From Candidatus Limnocylindria bacterium (lineage in GTDB: Bacteria; Chloroflexota; Limnocylindria; QHBO01): a DNA stretch of 64,000 bases. A program made the position numbers and the translations under genes. Below, piece by piece: positions 50,534 through 58,720 of the stretch (positions within the stretch are counted from its first letter, which is position 1; each line of letters starts with the position of its first letter). The stretch covers positions 4,825 to 68,824 of the forward strand of contig JBBSCG010000002.1 in NCBI GenBank assembly GCA_038250515.1. Direction: 5' to 3'. Below the pieces are notes generated by a model. It made no database searches. It was not told where the DNA came from and saw nothing but the letters and a program-made list of their open reading frames with translations.

Positions 50534-52042
50534 ATGACGCTCACCAAGAAGTCCGAGACGCCACCCGCGACTGCCTCGTGGGGACTGGCGGCGGGCAAAC
50601 ACGTGCCGTGGGAGTACGCATCGGCACCTGAGTCGACCGATCACGTTCAGATCAGGCCCGAGTACGGCCTGTTCATCGGCAACGAGTTCGTGGCGGCGAA
50701 GCCGAAGCGCACCTTCGAGGTCATCAACCCCGCCACCGAAGAGGTCCTGGCCAGGGTCGCTCGCGCCTCGACGGCCGATGTCGACCGAGCCGTGAAGGCG
50801 GCCCGCCTGGGCTACAGCCAGACCTGGTCGAAGCTGGCGGGCAGCGAGCGGGCGAAGTACCTGTATCGGATCGCGCGGATCATCCAGGAGCGCAGCCGCG
50901 AGTTCGCCGTGGTCGAGACGCTCAACTCGGGCAAGCCGATCAAGGAGAGCCGCGACGTTGACGTGCCGCTGGCCGCGGCGCATTTCTTCTACTACGCCGG
51001 CTGGGCCGACAAGCTCGAGTACGCCTTCCCGAACCGCACGCCGCGCTCGCTGGGCGTCGCCGCGCAGATCATCCCGTGGAACTTTCCGCTGATGATGCTG
51101 GCCTGGAAGATCGCGCCCGCACTGGCTGCCGGCAACACGGTCGTGCTGAAGCCGGCATCCACCACGCCGCTGACCGCCTACCTGTTCGCCGATGTCGTTC
51201 GCCAGGCGGAACTGCCGCCGGGCGTGGTCAACATCATCACCGGGCCGGGTGAGATCGGCATGGACCTGGTCAAGCATCCGGACGTCAACAAGGTCGCGTT
51301 CACCGGGTCGACGGCGGTCGGCAAGATGATCGCCCGTGCCGTCGCAGGGTCCGAGAAGAAGCTGACGCTCGAGCTCGGCGGCAAGGCGGCGAATATCGTC
51401 TTCGACGACGCGCCGATCGACCAGGCGATCGAGGGCATCATCAACGGTATCTACTTCAACCAGGGCGAGGTGTGCTGTGCCGGGTCGCGGCTCTTCGTGC
51501 AGGAGAGCGTCTACGAGCCGCTGCTCGACAAGCTCAAGGCGCGCCTCTCGACGCTGCGCGTGGGCGATCCGCTCGACAAGAACACCGACGTCGGCGCGAT
51601 CAACTCGGCGGGGCAACTGGCCAAGATCCAGGAGCTGGTGGCGAGCGGCATCGCCGAGGGCGCCGAGATCTTCCAGCCGGACTGCAGGTTGCCGGATCGC
51701 GGCTTCTTCTTCGTGCCGACCCTGTTCACCGGGGTGAGCCAGAGCCATCGGATCGCGCAGGAAGAGATCTTCGGTCCGGTGCTGTCGGTGCTCACCTTCC
51801 GCACGCCTGACGAGGCGATCGAAAAGGCGAACAACACGCCGTACGGCCTGTCCGCCGGGGTGTGGACCGAGAAGGGCAGCCGCATCTTCAAGATGGCGGC
51901 CGCCATGCGCGCCGGGGTCATCTGGGCGAACACCTTTAACCGATTCGACCCGACCTCGCCATTCGGCGGCTACAAGGAGTCGGGCTACGGCCGCGAGGGC
52001 GGGCTGCACGGCCTGGCCGCGTACCTTCGGCTCGACGCATGA
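50534..52042 (+). CDS. NAD(P)-dependent aldehyde dehydrogenase
   Basis: IIPWNFPL, FTGSTAVGK, LELGGKAA, and catalytic GEVCCAGSR. Confidence 0.92.
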   Translation: MTLTKKSETPPATASWGLAAGKHVPWEYASAPESTDHVQIRPEYGLFIGNEFVAAKPKRTFEVINPATEEVLARVARASTADVDRAVKAARLGYSQTWSKLAGSERAKYLYRIARIIQERSREFAVVETLNSGKPIKESRDVDVPLAAAHFFYYAGWADKLEYAFPNRTPRSLGVAAQIIPWNFPLMMLAWKIAPALAAGNTVVLKPASTTPLTAYLFADVVRQAELPPGVVNIITGPGEIGMDLVKHPDVNKVAFTGSTAVGKMIARAVAGSEKKLTLELGGKAANIVFDDAPIDQAIEGIINGIYFNQGEVCCAGSRLFVQESVYEPLLDKLKARLSTLRVGDPLDKNTDVGAINSAGQLAKIQELVASGIAEGAEIFQPDCRLPDRGFFFVPTLFTGVSQSHRIAQEEIFGPVLSVLTFRTPDEAIEKANNTPYGLSAGVWTEKGSRIFKMAAAMRAGVIWANTFNRFDPTSPFGGYKESGYGREGGLHGLAAYLRLDA

Positions 52043-53013
52043 GTCCACGCACGGCCACGAAGTCGCGCTCGCGCGCATCGGTCCTCGAAGACAGACCGAT
52101 GTCTCCGCTGGCGACGTCTGCCAACGGCACCTCCGCTGATCGGATCGGGGTGCGAAAGACGTACAAGCTGTACATTGGGGGTGCCTTCCCGAGGACGGAG
52201 TCCGGGCGGTCCTACGAGATCTTCGATTCGCGCGGCATGCTGTTGGCCAACGCCTGCCGCGGCACGCGCAAGGACATTCGCGATGCGGTACGCGCGGCGC
52301 GCAAGGCGTTCCCCGACTGGTGGAAGAAGACCGCCTACAACCGCTCGCAGATCCTGTATCGCATCGCCGAGCTGATGGAGGGGCGACGCGACCAGTTCAT
52401 CACCGAGGTGCAGGCGGCCCAGGGCGTCGGCCGTCGTCGGGCGATGCGCGAGGTCGACGCGGCCATCGATCGCTGGGTGTGGTACGCCGGCTGGGCCGAC
52501 AAGTTCAGCCAGATGGTCGGATCCGTCAACCCGGTCAATGGCTCGTACTTCAACTTCACGGTACCCGAGCCCACCGGCGTGGTCGGCGTGATCGCACCGG
52601 AGGAGTCGTCGCTGCTCGGCCTGGTGAGTCGTCTCGCGCCAGTGATCGTGAGCGGAAATGCCGCAATCGTGGTCGCGAGCGAGTCGCGGCCGTTGCCCGC
52701 CGTGACGCTCACCGAGGTGCTTGCCACCTCCGATGTGCCGGGCGGGGTCGTCAACCTGGTCACCGGACTTCGCCGGGAGGTGGTGCCCGCGCTGGCTGCG
52801 CACATGGACGTCAACGCGCTCGACGCCTTCGGCGTCGCACCCTCAGAGGCCGCCGCGGTCGAGGAGAGTGGCGTGGAGAACGTCAAGCGCGTCGTCCGCC
52901 CGCCGGCCGCCGGGCTCGAGCGTTACGACTGGTTCAGCGCGCGCGCGCAGTCGCCGTACCTGATCGGCCAGTACACCGAGACCAAGACGGTCTGGCACCC
53001 CATCGGCGCCTAG
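52039..53013 (+). CDS. aldehyde-dehydrogenase-like protein lacking the catalytic domain
   Basis: The ALDH N-terminus (KTYKLYIGGAF), cofactor-domain strands and C-terminal YTETKTVW are present. ELGGK and the catalytic Cys loop are absent, and the protein is only 324 aa. The ATGA overlap with the full-length ALDH gives one start; the alternative start is 52099. Confidence 0.7.
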   Translation: MSPRTATKSRSRASVLEDRPMSPLATSANGTSADRIGVRKTYKLYIGGAFPRTESGRSYEIFDSRGMLLANACRGTRKDIRDAVRAARKAFPDWWKKTAYNRSQILYRIAELMEGRRDQFITEVQAAQGVGRRRAMREVDAAIDRWVWYAGWADKFSQMVGSVNPVNGSYFNFTVPEPTGVVGVIAPEESSLLGLVSRLAPVIVSGNAAIVVASESRPLPAVTLTEVLATSDVPGGVVNLVTGLRREVVPALAAHMDVNALDAFGVAPSEAAAVEESGVENVKRVVRPPAAGLERYDWFSARAQSPYLIGQYTETKTVWHPIGA

Positions 53014-54329
53014 TCTCCGAAGAGGCCGAGCCAACCGGCGAGCGTCGAGCCGAACAGCACCAGCGTCAGGGCGACGACCAGGCCGGTGAGGCCCCAGGCG
53101 ACGACGTTCAGCCACCACGGGTTGACTTGGCTGCCCATGATCCGTGGGTTGTTCACCAGGCGCAGCATGAAGATCAGGATGATCGGCAGCAGGATGCCGT
53201 TCAGGCTCTGGCTGAGGATGATCAGGCCGGTCAGCGGCATGCCCGGGACGAGCACGACCAGTGCCCCGATGACGATCAGCGCCGTGTACAGGCCCATGAA
53301 GACCGGTGCCTCCCGGAATCGACGGGACACGCCGGACTCCCAGCCGAACGACTCGCAGACGGTGTAGCTGGTGGTCAGCGGCATGACCGTCGCCGCCAGG
53401 ACCGATGCGCCGAACAGCCCGAATGCGAACAGGGCCGAGGCGAATCCACCGGCGACGGGAGCGAGGGCCGTGGCCGCCTGCTCGGCGCTGGTCAGCACGA
53501 TTCCGGTTCCGAACAGCGTGGCGGCGGTGACGATTACGATGAACATGGCAATCACGTTGGTCCACACCGCACCCAGGATGGCGTCCGCGCGTTCGTAGGT
53601 GAGCTCCTCCGGACCGAGGCCCTTGTCGGCCACCGACGATTGCAGGTAGAAGAACATGTACGGCGTCACCGTCGTGCCGACGGTCGTCACCATCAGCAGC
53701 AGCAGGGTCGGCTCGAAGCTGAGCGAAGGCGAGACGAGCGCTCGTCCGACCTCGCCCCAGTCGGGGCCCGCGACGAAGGTGCTCACGACATACGCCAGGA
53801 AGACCACCGCGACGCTCAGGAAGACGCGCTCGACCAGCCGGTATGAGCCGAACACGACGAGCGCCCAGATGCCGGCCGCGACCACCGGGACGCTGATCCA
53901 GCGCGGAATATCAAAGATCTCGAGAGCAGCCGCCGCTCCGGCAAACTCGGCCGCGATGTTCGAGCCGTTGGCGATCAGCAGCACCACCATGGCAAGCAGG
54001 GTCCAGCGGATGCCGAAGTCGTCCCGGATCAGGTCGCCCAGTCCCTGGCCCGAGACGGCGCCCATGCGCGCCGCCATCTCGAGGACGACGATCAGCATGA
54101 CGGTCGTGATCGGCAAGATCCAGAGCAGGCTCAGGCCGGTTTCCGCGCCCAGCTTGCTGTAGGTCAGGATTCCGCCCGCGTCGTTGCCGGCCAGACCGGC
54201 GACGAGCCCGGGACCGAGCACGCCGAGGAAGGCCAGCACACCTGACCGATGCACCCGAAAGTTCGGCAGACGCTCCCGCACCGAGCGCTGGGCACGCCGA
54301 ACCGGGCGCGGCAGCGCCAGACGGCTCAC
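53010..54329 (-). CDS. NRAMP-family transporter with NRMT-like (Mg-type) binding-site substitutions
   Basis: 11-12 TM NRAMP fold. The TM1 motif reads GNDAGG instead of DPGN, and the TM6 motif reads TTVTPYMF instead of A..MPHN. Confidence 0.85.
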   Translation of the reverse strand: MSRLALPRPVRRAQRSVRERLPNFRVHRSGVLAFLGVLGPGLVAGLAGNDAGGILTYSKLGAETGLSLLWILPITTVMLIVVLEMAARMGAVSGQGLGDLIRDDFGIRWTLLAMVVLLIANGSNIAAEFAGAAAALEIFDIPRWISVPVVAAGIWALVVFGSYRLVERVFLSVAVVFLAYVVSTFVAGPDWGEVGRALVSPSLSFEPTLLLLMVTTVGTTVTPYMFFYLQSSVADKGLGPEELTYERADAILGAVWTNVIAMFIVIVTAATLFGTGIVLTSAEQAATALAPVAGGFASALFAFGLFGASVLAATVMPLTTSYTVCESFGWESGVSRRFREAPVFMGLYTALIVIGALVVLVPGMPLTGLIILSQSLNGILLPIILIFMLRLVNNPRIMGSQVNPWWLNVVAWGLTGLVVALTLVLFGSTLAGWLGLFGD

Positions 54330-55594
54330 CGATCCTCCGCCCGTTCGAAGATCTCGGGCAGGCGCCTGCGCCAGCTCTCGCCAAGCGCTCGCTCGAAGGC
54401 GTCGTCGACGGTGACCATGCCGAGCATGCGTCCTTCGTCGTCGACGACCGGCAGCGCCAGCAGGTTATAGCGCGCGATGGCTGCCCCAACCTGCTCGGCG
54501 TCGAGATCCGCGGCGACCGAGATCGGCTCGGGTCGCATGAACTGGAGCACCGGTGTGTCCGGCGACGCGACGATCAAACCGCGCAGGGTGACGGTGCCTT
54601 CGAGGTGGCCGTCGGCATCGGTCACGTAGAGGTAGTAGGCGCGGTCCGCGGGGGGAGCGAGCTTGCGCAGCCGGTCGATCACCTGCTGCGCCGTCTCGTC
54701 GGGCGTGATGGTGATGAAGTCAGTCGTCATCAGCCCGCCGGCCGTCTCCTCGCCATAGGCCAACAGCTCGCGCACGTCCTGGGCGTCCTCGGGCCGCATG
54801 AGGCCCAGGAGCTCCGCCTGACGCTCCTTGGAGAGGTCGGCCATCAGGTCGGCCGCCTCGTCGGGGCCCATCTCCTCGAGGATGTCGGCGGCACGCTCCG
54901 GCGGCAACGCCTCGAGCACGTCGACCTGGTCTTCGGCGTCGAGCTCCTCCATGACGTCCGCCGCGCGCTCGTCGTCGAGCGAGGCGAGGATGCCGGTCCG
55001 GTCACGCGGCGCGAGCTGCTCGACAATGTGCGCCACGTCGGCTGGGTGCAGGGTTGACAGCGCCTGGTGCGGCACACGCAGCTTCAGCGAGCTGACGCTC
55101 GACTCGACCGGGTCGACCTCCTCCCATTCGATGTAGTTCTCGACCTCGAGCCGAAGCGCGCGGGCGAGGCGCTCGCCGGGACCAGAGAGGCCGAGGCGGC
55201 GCAGGATGCCGGCCAGCCCGACGTCGACGGCCACCAGCCGCACGCGGCCGCGCACGGAGGCGAGCTGGATGTCGTTGACGCGCACGATCTTGCGGCCCTC
55301 GACGTCGATGATCTGCTTGTCCTGCAGGTCGAGCCACAGACGGATCTCGTTCGGCCGGCGCCGGAAGGCGGTGATGTTGATGCTCGACGTGCGCAGGCGG
55401 GCCCCGGACACGTCGAACTCGAAGACGTCGGACCAAGGCAGGAAGATGTCGCGCCCGCCGGTGACACGAACCACCAGGCCCGTGACGGGCGGGTACTTCT
55501 CACCGAGCGCGACGATCAGGTCGCGCACCTTGCCGAAGGGCTCGCCGTGACGGTCGAGCACCGGCCTGCCGATGATCTGGCTCAGGAAGAGCAT
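54326..55594 (-). CDS. soluble PRC-barrel + MgtE N-domain + CBS-pair protein (no MgtE membrane domain)
   Basis: N-terminal PRC-barrel-like repeats (IIGRPVLDRHGEPFGKVRDL). MgtE_N acidic helical repeat (DVMEELDAEDQVDVLEALPPERAADILEEM). Two CBS motifs. The protein ends about 25 aa after the CBS pair. Its stop overlaps the NRAMP start. Confidence 0.85.
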   Translation of the reverse strand: MLFLSQIIGRPVLDRHGEPFGKVRDLIVALGEKYPPVTGLVVRVTGGRDIFLPWSDVFEFDVSGARLRTSSINITAFRRRPNEIRLWLDLQDKQIIDVEGRKIVRVNDIQLASVRGRVRLVAVDVGLAGILRRLGLSGPGERLARALRLEVENYIEWEEVDPVESSVSSLKLRVPHQALSTLHPADVAHIVEQLAPRDRTGILASLDDERAADVMEELDAEDQVDVLEALPPERAADILEEMGPDEAADLMADLSKERQAELLGLMRPEDAQDVRELLAYGEETAGGLMTTDFITITPDETAQQVIDRLRKLAPPADRAYYLYVTDADGHLEGTVTLRGLIVASPDTPVLQFMRPEPISVAADLDAEQVGAAIARYNLLALPVVDDEGRMLGMVTVDDAFERALGESWRRRLPEIFERAEDR

Positions 55595-55869
55595 GAAATG
55601 ACCACCTCGCTCTCAAGGGTGCTGCGCACGCGAGCGGGTGGTCGTATCGATCGCGGGGAGCTGCGGCGTCGCTATCGACGCTGGGCGTTCACCTCGCGCA
55701 CGGGCCATCCACCACGGGCGCGGTCATTGCGTCCATTGGGGCGTCTACTGGGTTCGGCGTCCACGTTGGTCGCGCGTTGCCTCGTTGCGTATTCCGTTCC
55801 GGTGGCGCAGCCGCGCCAAGCCGGCGTCATTGTAGCCCGATCGATCGGGCTGACCCGTGGCTGTATCGG

Positions 55870-56499
55870 CTATGCCCTTGGTCCTTCGCCTCGTGCGCGT
55901 GCGCGGTGGCGCGCCACCTTGGCCTGGTTGCCGCAGGTGCGCATGTGGCACCAGCGCCGGCGGCCGGTCGGGGATCGGTCGACGAAAACGAATCGGCAGC
56001 CCGGATTGGCGCAGACCCGCAGCCGGTCGGCGGCATCATCGGCCAGGAAGTGGGCGAACGAGCTCGCAATCGTGGCCCGCGCCTGATCGAGGCGGTCGCC
56101 GACCTGCGCGAACGCGTAGCGCGTGCCATCCGGATCGAAGCGCAGCTGGTGGTAGTGCAGGCCGTGCCGCAGGATGTGATTGAGGTCGCGCAGTTGTGAC
56201 TTGGTCGGCTGCCCACCATGATCGACGCGCTCCGCGACGTCGTGCAGTACCGCGCGCAGATGGCGGAAGCGGTCGAGTCGGCGATCTGCCTCTTCTGGCT
56301 CACGGCGCAGTCGGGAACCCTCGGTCGCCCGGCCGCGGTCGCTGATCAGGTCGTGCTCGCGGAGCCAGGCGAGCAGCGCGCCGGTGTCCGGAAGCGCGTC
56401 GACCGGTTCGCCGTGCTCGTATTCGAGGGTATTGGCGAACTCGACGAAGAGCTTGTCCGAGTGGTCAGGCTCGGGCATCGTATCGTGGTTCAGGCTCAT
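55870..56499 (-). CDS. CGNR zinc-finger (ABATE-family) protein
   Basis: C-terminal CANPGCRFVFVDRSPTGRRRWCHMRTCGNQAKV. Start set to MSLNHD at 56499. Confidence 0.82.
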   Translation of the reverse strand: MSLNHDTMPEPDHSDKLFVEFANTLEYEHGEPVDALPDTGALLAWLREHDLISDRGRATEGSRLRREPEEADRRLDRFRHLRAVLHDVAERVDHGGQPTKSQLRDLNHILRHGLHYHQLRFDPDGTRYAFAQVGDRLDQARATIASSFAHFLADDAADRLRVCANPGCRFVFVDRSPTGRRRWCHMRTCGNQAKVARHRARARGEGPRA

Positions 56500-56502
56500 G
56501 AC

Positions 56503-56585
56503 GTAACCATTGTACCCCACTTGACAAGTTACGGCGCCAGGCGTAGAGTCTGCATGTAACCGCTTAACAGGTGGATACAAGTTAC
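56503..56585. promoter_or_regulatory. two tandem operator-like units GTAACC-N15-ACAAGTTAC (GTAAC-N20-GTTAC), 53-bp period
   Basis: Unit 1 spans 56503-56532 and unit 2 spans 56556-56585. They lie in the divergent region between the CGNR gene and the small-ORF operon. Confidence 0.45.
56521..56549 (+). promoter_or_regulatory. sigma-70-like promoter TTGACA-17 nt-TAGAGT
   Basis: Perfect -35 hexamer at 56521-56526, a 17-nt spacer, and a -10-like TAGAGT at 56544-56549, about 65 nt upstream of the first small ORF. Confidence 0.4.
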
Positions 56586-56612
56586 TAGAGCGTCGCGAGG
56601 AGGTCGAGTCCC

Positions 56613-56723
56613 ATGTCGTTGCTTCTGATCCTCGGGATCATCTTTGCGCTCGGCGTTGCCGGCGCGCTCCTTGGCTGCGACAGCCGGCCCGGGGCCGCTG
56701 ACGGACAGCGTCTCAACATCTGA
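56613..56723 (+). CDS. 36-aa membrane/lipoprotein-like micropeptide (MSLLLILGIIFALGVAGALLGCDSRPGAADGQRLNI)
   Basis: My own translation. GAGGAGG lies 8 nt upstream of the ATG. Hydrophobic helix ending in an LLGC lipobox-like motif. Confidence 0.4.
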   Translation: MSLLLILGIIFALGVAGALLGCDSRPGAADGQRLNI

Positions 56724-56742
56724 ACCTTTCTAGGAGGCAAGC

Positions 56743-56898
56743 ATGTCCAGCTACTGGGAGATGCAAGCCGAGCTGCGTCAGCAGGAGCTGCTCGATGATG
56801 CGAAATCGCGTCGCATCTCGCTGGTTCCCAGGCGCCGGCGACGAGGCAGGATCTTCAACCTGACTCTGCCGCGTGTCCGACGCAGCCGGGCTCGCTAG
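56743..56898 (+). CDS. 51-aa highly basic peptide (MSSYWEMQAELRQQELLDDAKSRRISLVPRRRRRGRIF...)
   Basis: My own translation. TAGGAGG lies 6 nt upstream of the ATG. Followed by a strong hairpin. Confidence 0.4.
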   Translation: MSSYWEMQAELRQQELLDDAKSRRISLVPRRRRRGRIFNLTLPRVRRSRAR

Positions 56899-56915
56899 CT
56901 CCACTACATCGACCG

Positions 56916-56954
56916 AAACAGCCCGCTCCATCCGGAGCGGGCTGTTTGGCTTCT
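56916..56954 (+). terminator. intrinsic-terminator-like hairpin
   Basis: A 14-bp perfect stem, AAACAGCCCGCTCC / GGAGCGGGCTGTTT, with a 4-nt loop, followed by GGCTTCT (a weak U tract). Confidence 0.55.
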
Positions 56955-57010
56955 AGAATGGCTTGATGCCTCGACCACGTTCCGCGCCACGCAGCAGCGA
57001 CGAGGGCGTG

Positions 57011-58720
57011 ATGAGCAATGCCGATCTCGCGCGGATCTTCGGCGAGATCGCCGACATGCTCGAGATCCTCGGCGAGGTCGTCTACAAGTCGGTGGCGTAT
57101 CGCCGGGTGGCGGATGCGGTGGAGCGCTATCCCGACGATGTCGCGGCGCTCTTCCGGCGCGGCGTGCCGCCCAAGCTTTCGGGCGCCGGTCCGGCACTCA
57201 CCGCCAAGCTCGCCGAGCTGGCCGCGACGGGCGGCCTCGAGTATCACCAGCGCCTGCGCGCGCAGGTCCCCGATGGGTTGCTCGACATGCTGCGCATCTC
57301 CGGCGTCGGCCCGCGCACCGTGAAGCTGCTGCACGGCGAGCTGGGCATCGACTCGATCGAGGCGCTGCGCGCCGCCGCAGAGCTTGGCTCGCTGCGCAAC
57401 ATCAAGGGCCTCTCCGCCAAGACCGAGGAGAACATCCTGGCGGGGATCGCGCGGGTCGAGCAGCGCAGCACCCGCCTGCTGCTGCACGACGCCGACGAGC
57501 TGATGAGCCGCCTCGTCGCCCTCCTGGCACAGACTCCCGGAGTGGTGCAGATCCAGGCGGCCGGCTCGCTGCGGCGCCGGCGTTCAACGATCGGCGACCT
57601 CGACCTGCTCGCCGCCGTCACCGATCCGCCAGCGCTGATCGCCGCGCTTGACGGCCTGCCCGAGATAGACCACATCGTCTCGGCCGGCACGGACAAGTCG
57701 AGCATCGTGCTGCGTGACGGACCACAGGTCGACCTGATGGTCTGCCCGCCGGCGGCGTGGGGCACGCACCTCGTTCATTTCACCGGGAGCAAGGAGCATA
57801 ACGTCGCCCTCCGCGGCCGGGCGCTGGCGCGAGGGTGGTCACTGTCGGAGAAGGGCTTCAAGGTGGTCGACGACGGTCGATTGCTGCTGGCTGCGACCGA
57901 AGAGGAGGTCTATGCCCGGCTCGATCTCGCATGGGTGCCGCCGGAGCTGCGCGAGGACGGCGGTGAGATCCAGGCCGCCGCCAGCGGAACGCTGCCACAG
58001 CTCGTCACGCTCGACGACGTCCGCGGCGATACGCATACCCATTCTGATTGGACCGACGGCGTGGACGGCGTCGAGACCATGGCCCGCGCGGCGCAAAGCC
58101 TCGGACGCGAATGGATGGTGCTTACCGACCACTCCCCGTCGCTCGGGATCGCACGTGGTCTCGCGCCAGAACGGGTGGCGCAGCAGCGCGATCTCATCGG
58201 CCGCCTGAATGTGGAGATGGCGCCATTTCGGATCCTGCACGGCACCGAGATGGAGATTCGCTCCGACGGCTCGCTGGACTATCCCGATGAGCTGCTGCGC
58301 ACCTTCGACGTCGTCGTGGCAAGCCTCCATACCGGGCGTGGACAATCGACGGAGCAGCTCACCCGGCGGGCCCTGTCGGCCATCGGCAACCCGCACGTCG
58401 ACATCCTGGCGCATCCCACCGGCCGGATCGTCAATCGCCGCGAGGCGATGGTCCTCGATTGGCCGCGCGTCTTCGAGGCCGCCGCCGCGACGGGTACGAT
58501 CCTCGAGATGAACGGCAGCCCCCGGCTTGACCTCGATGATGCGCTCGCTCGCGCCGCGGGCGTGGCGGGCGTTCGGCTGACCGTGGCCAGCGATGCGCAT
58601 CGGACCGAGGAGCTCGGACAGCTGCGCTATGCGGTGTCGATGGCGCGCCGCGCCTGGCTCGGCGCCGATCAGATCGTCGCGACCCGATCGGCGGACGCGC
58701 TGCTTGAGCTCGTCAGATGA
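57011..58720 (+). CDS. polX: DNA polymerase X family protein with C-terminal PHP domain
   Basis: HhH N-terminus (NADLARIFGEIADMLE), pol-beta palm (GSLRRRRSTIGDLDLL), and PHP metal ligands (GDTHTHSDWTDG...HTGRG...ASDAH). Confidence 0.9.
   Translation: MSNADLARIFGEIADMLEILGEVVYKSVAYRRVADAVERYPDDVAALFRRGVPPKLSGAGPALTAKLAELAATGGLEYHQRLRAQVPDGLLDMLRISGVGPRTVKLLHGELGIDSIEALRAAAELGSLRNIKGLSAKTEENILAGIARVEQRSTRLLLHDADELMSRLVALLAQTPGVVQIQAAGSLRRRRSTIGDLDLLAAVTDPPALIAALDGLPEIDHIVSAGTDKSSIVLRDGPQVDLMVCPPAAWGTHLVHFTGSKEHNVALRGRALARGWSLSEKGFKVVDDGRLLLAATEEEVYARLDLAWVPPELREDGGEIQAAASGTLPQLVTLDDVRGDTHTHSDWTDGVDGVETMARAAQSLGREWMVLTDHSPSLGIARGLAPERVAQQRDLIGRLNVEMAPFRILHGTEMEIRSDGSLDYPDELLRTFDVVVASLHTGRGQSTEQLTRRALSAIGNPHVDILAHPTGRIVNRREAMVLDWPRVFEAAAATGTILEMNGSPRLDLDDALARAAGVAGVRLTVASDAHRTEELGQLRYAVSMARRAWLGADQIVATRSADALLELVR

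Noticed and set aside
50327-52078. 583-aa ORF on the minus strand
   Set aside because: Antisense to the full-length aldehyde dehydrogenase, which has complete catalytic motifs.
55595-55870. M-box (ykoK) or yybP-ykoY riboswitch upstream of the Mg/NRAMP operon
   Set aside because: I could not find the conserved blocks I remember for either family (for example the GGUGAGGCU-type or GGGGAGUAG-type cores) on the relevant strand. Kept only as an unclassified structured leader.
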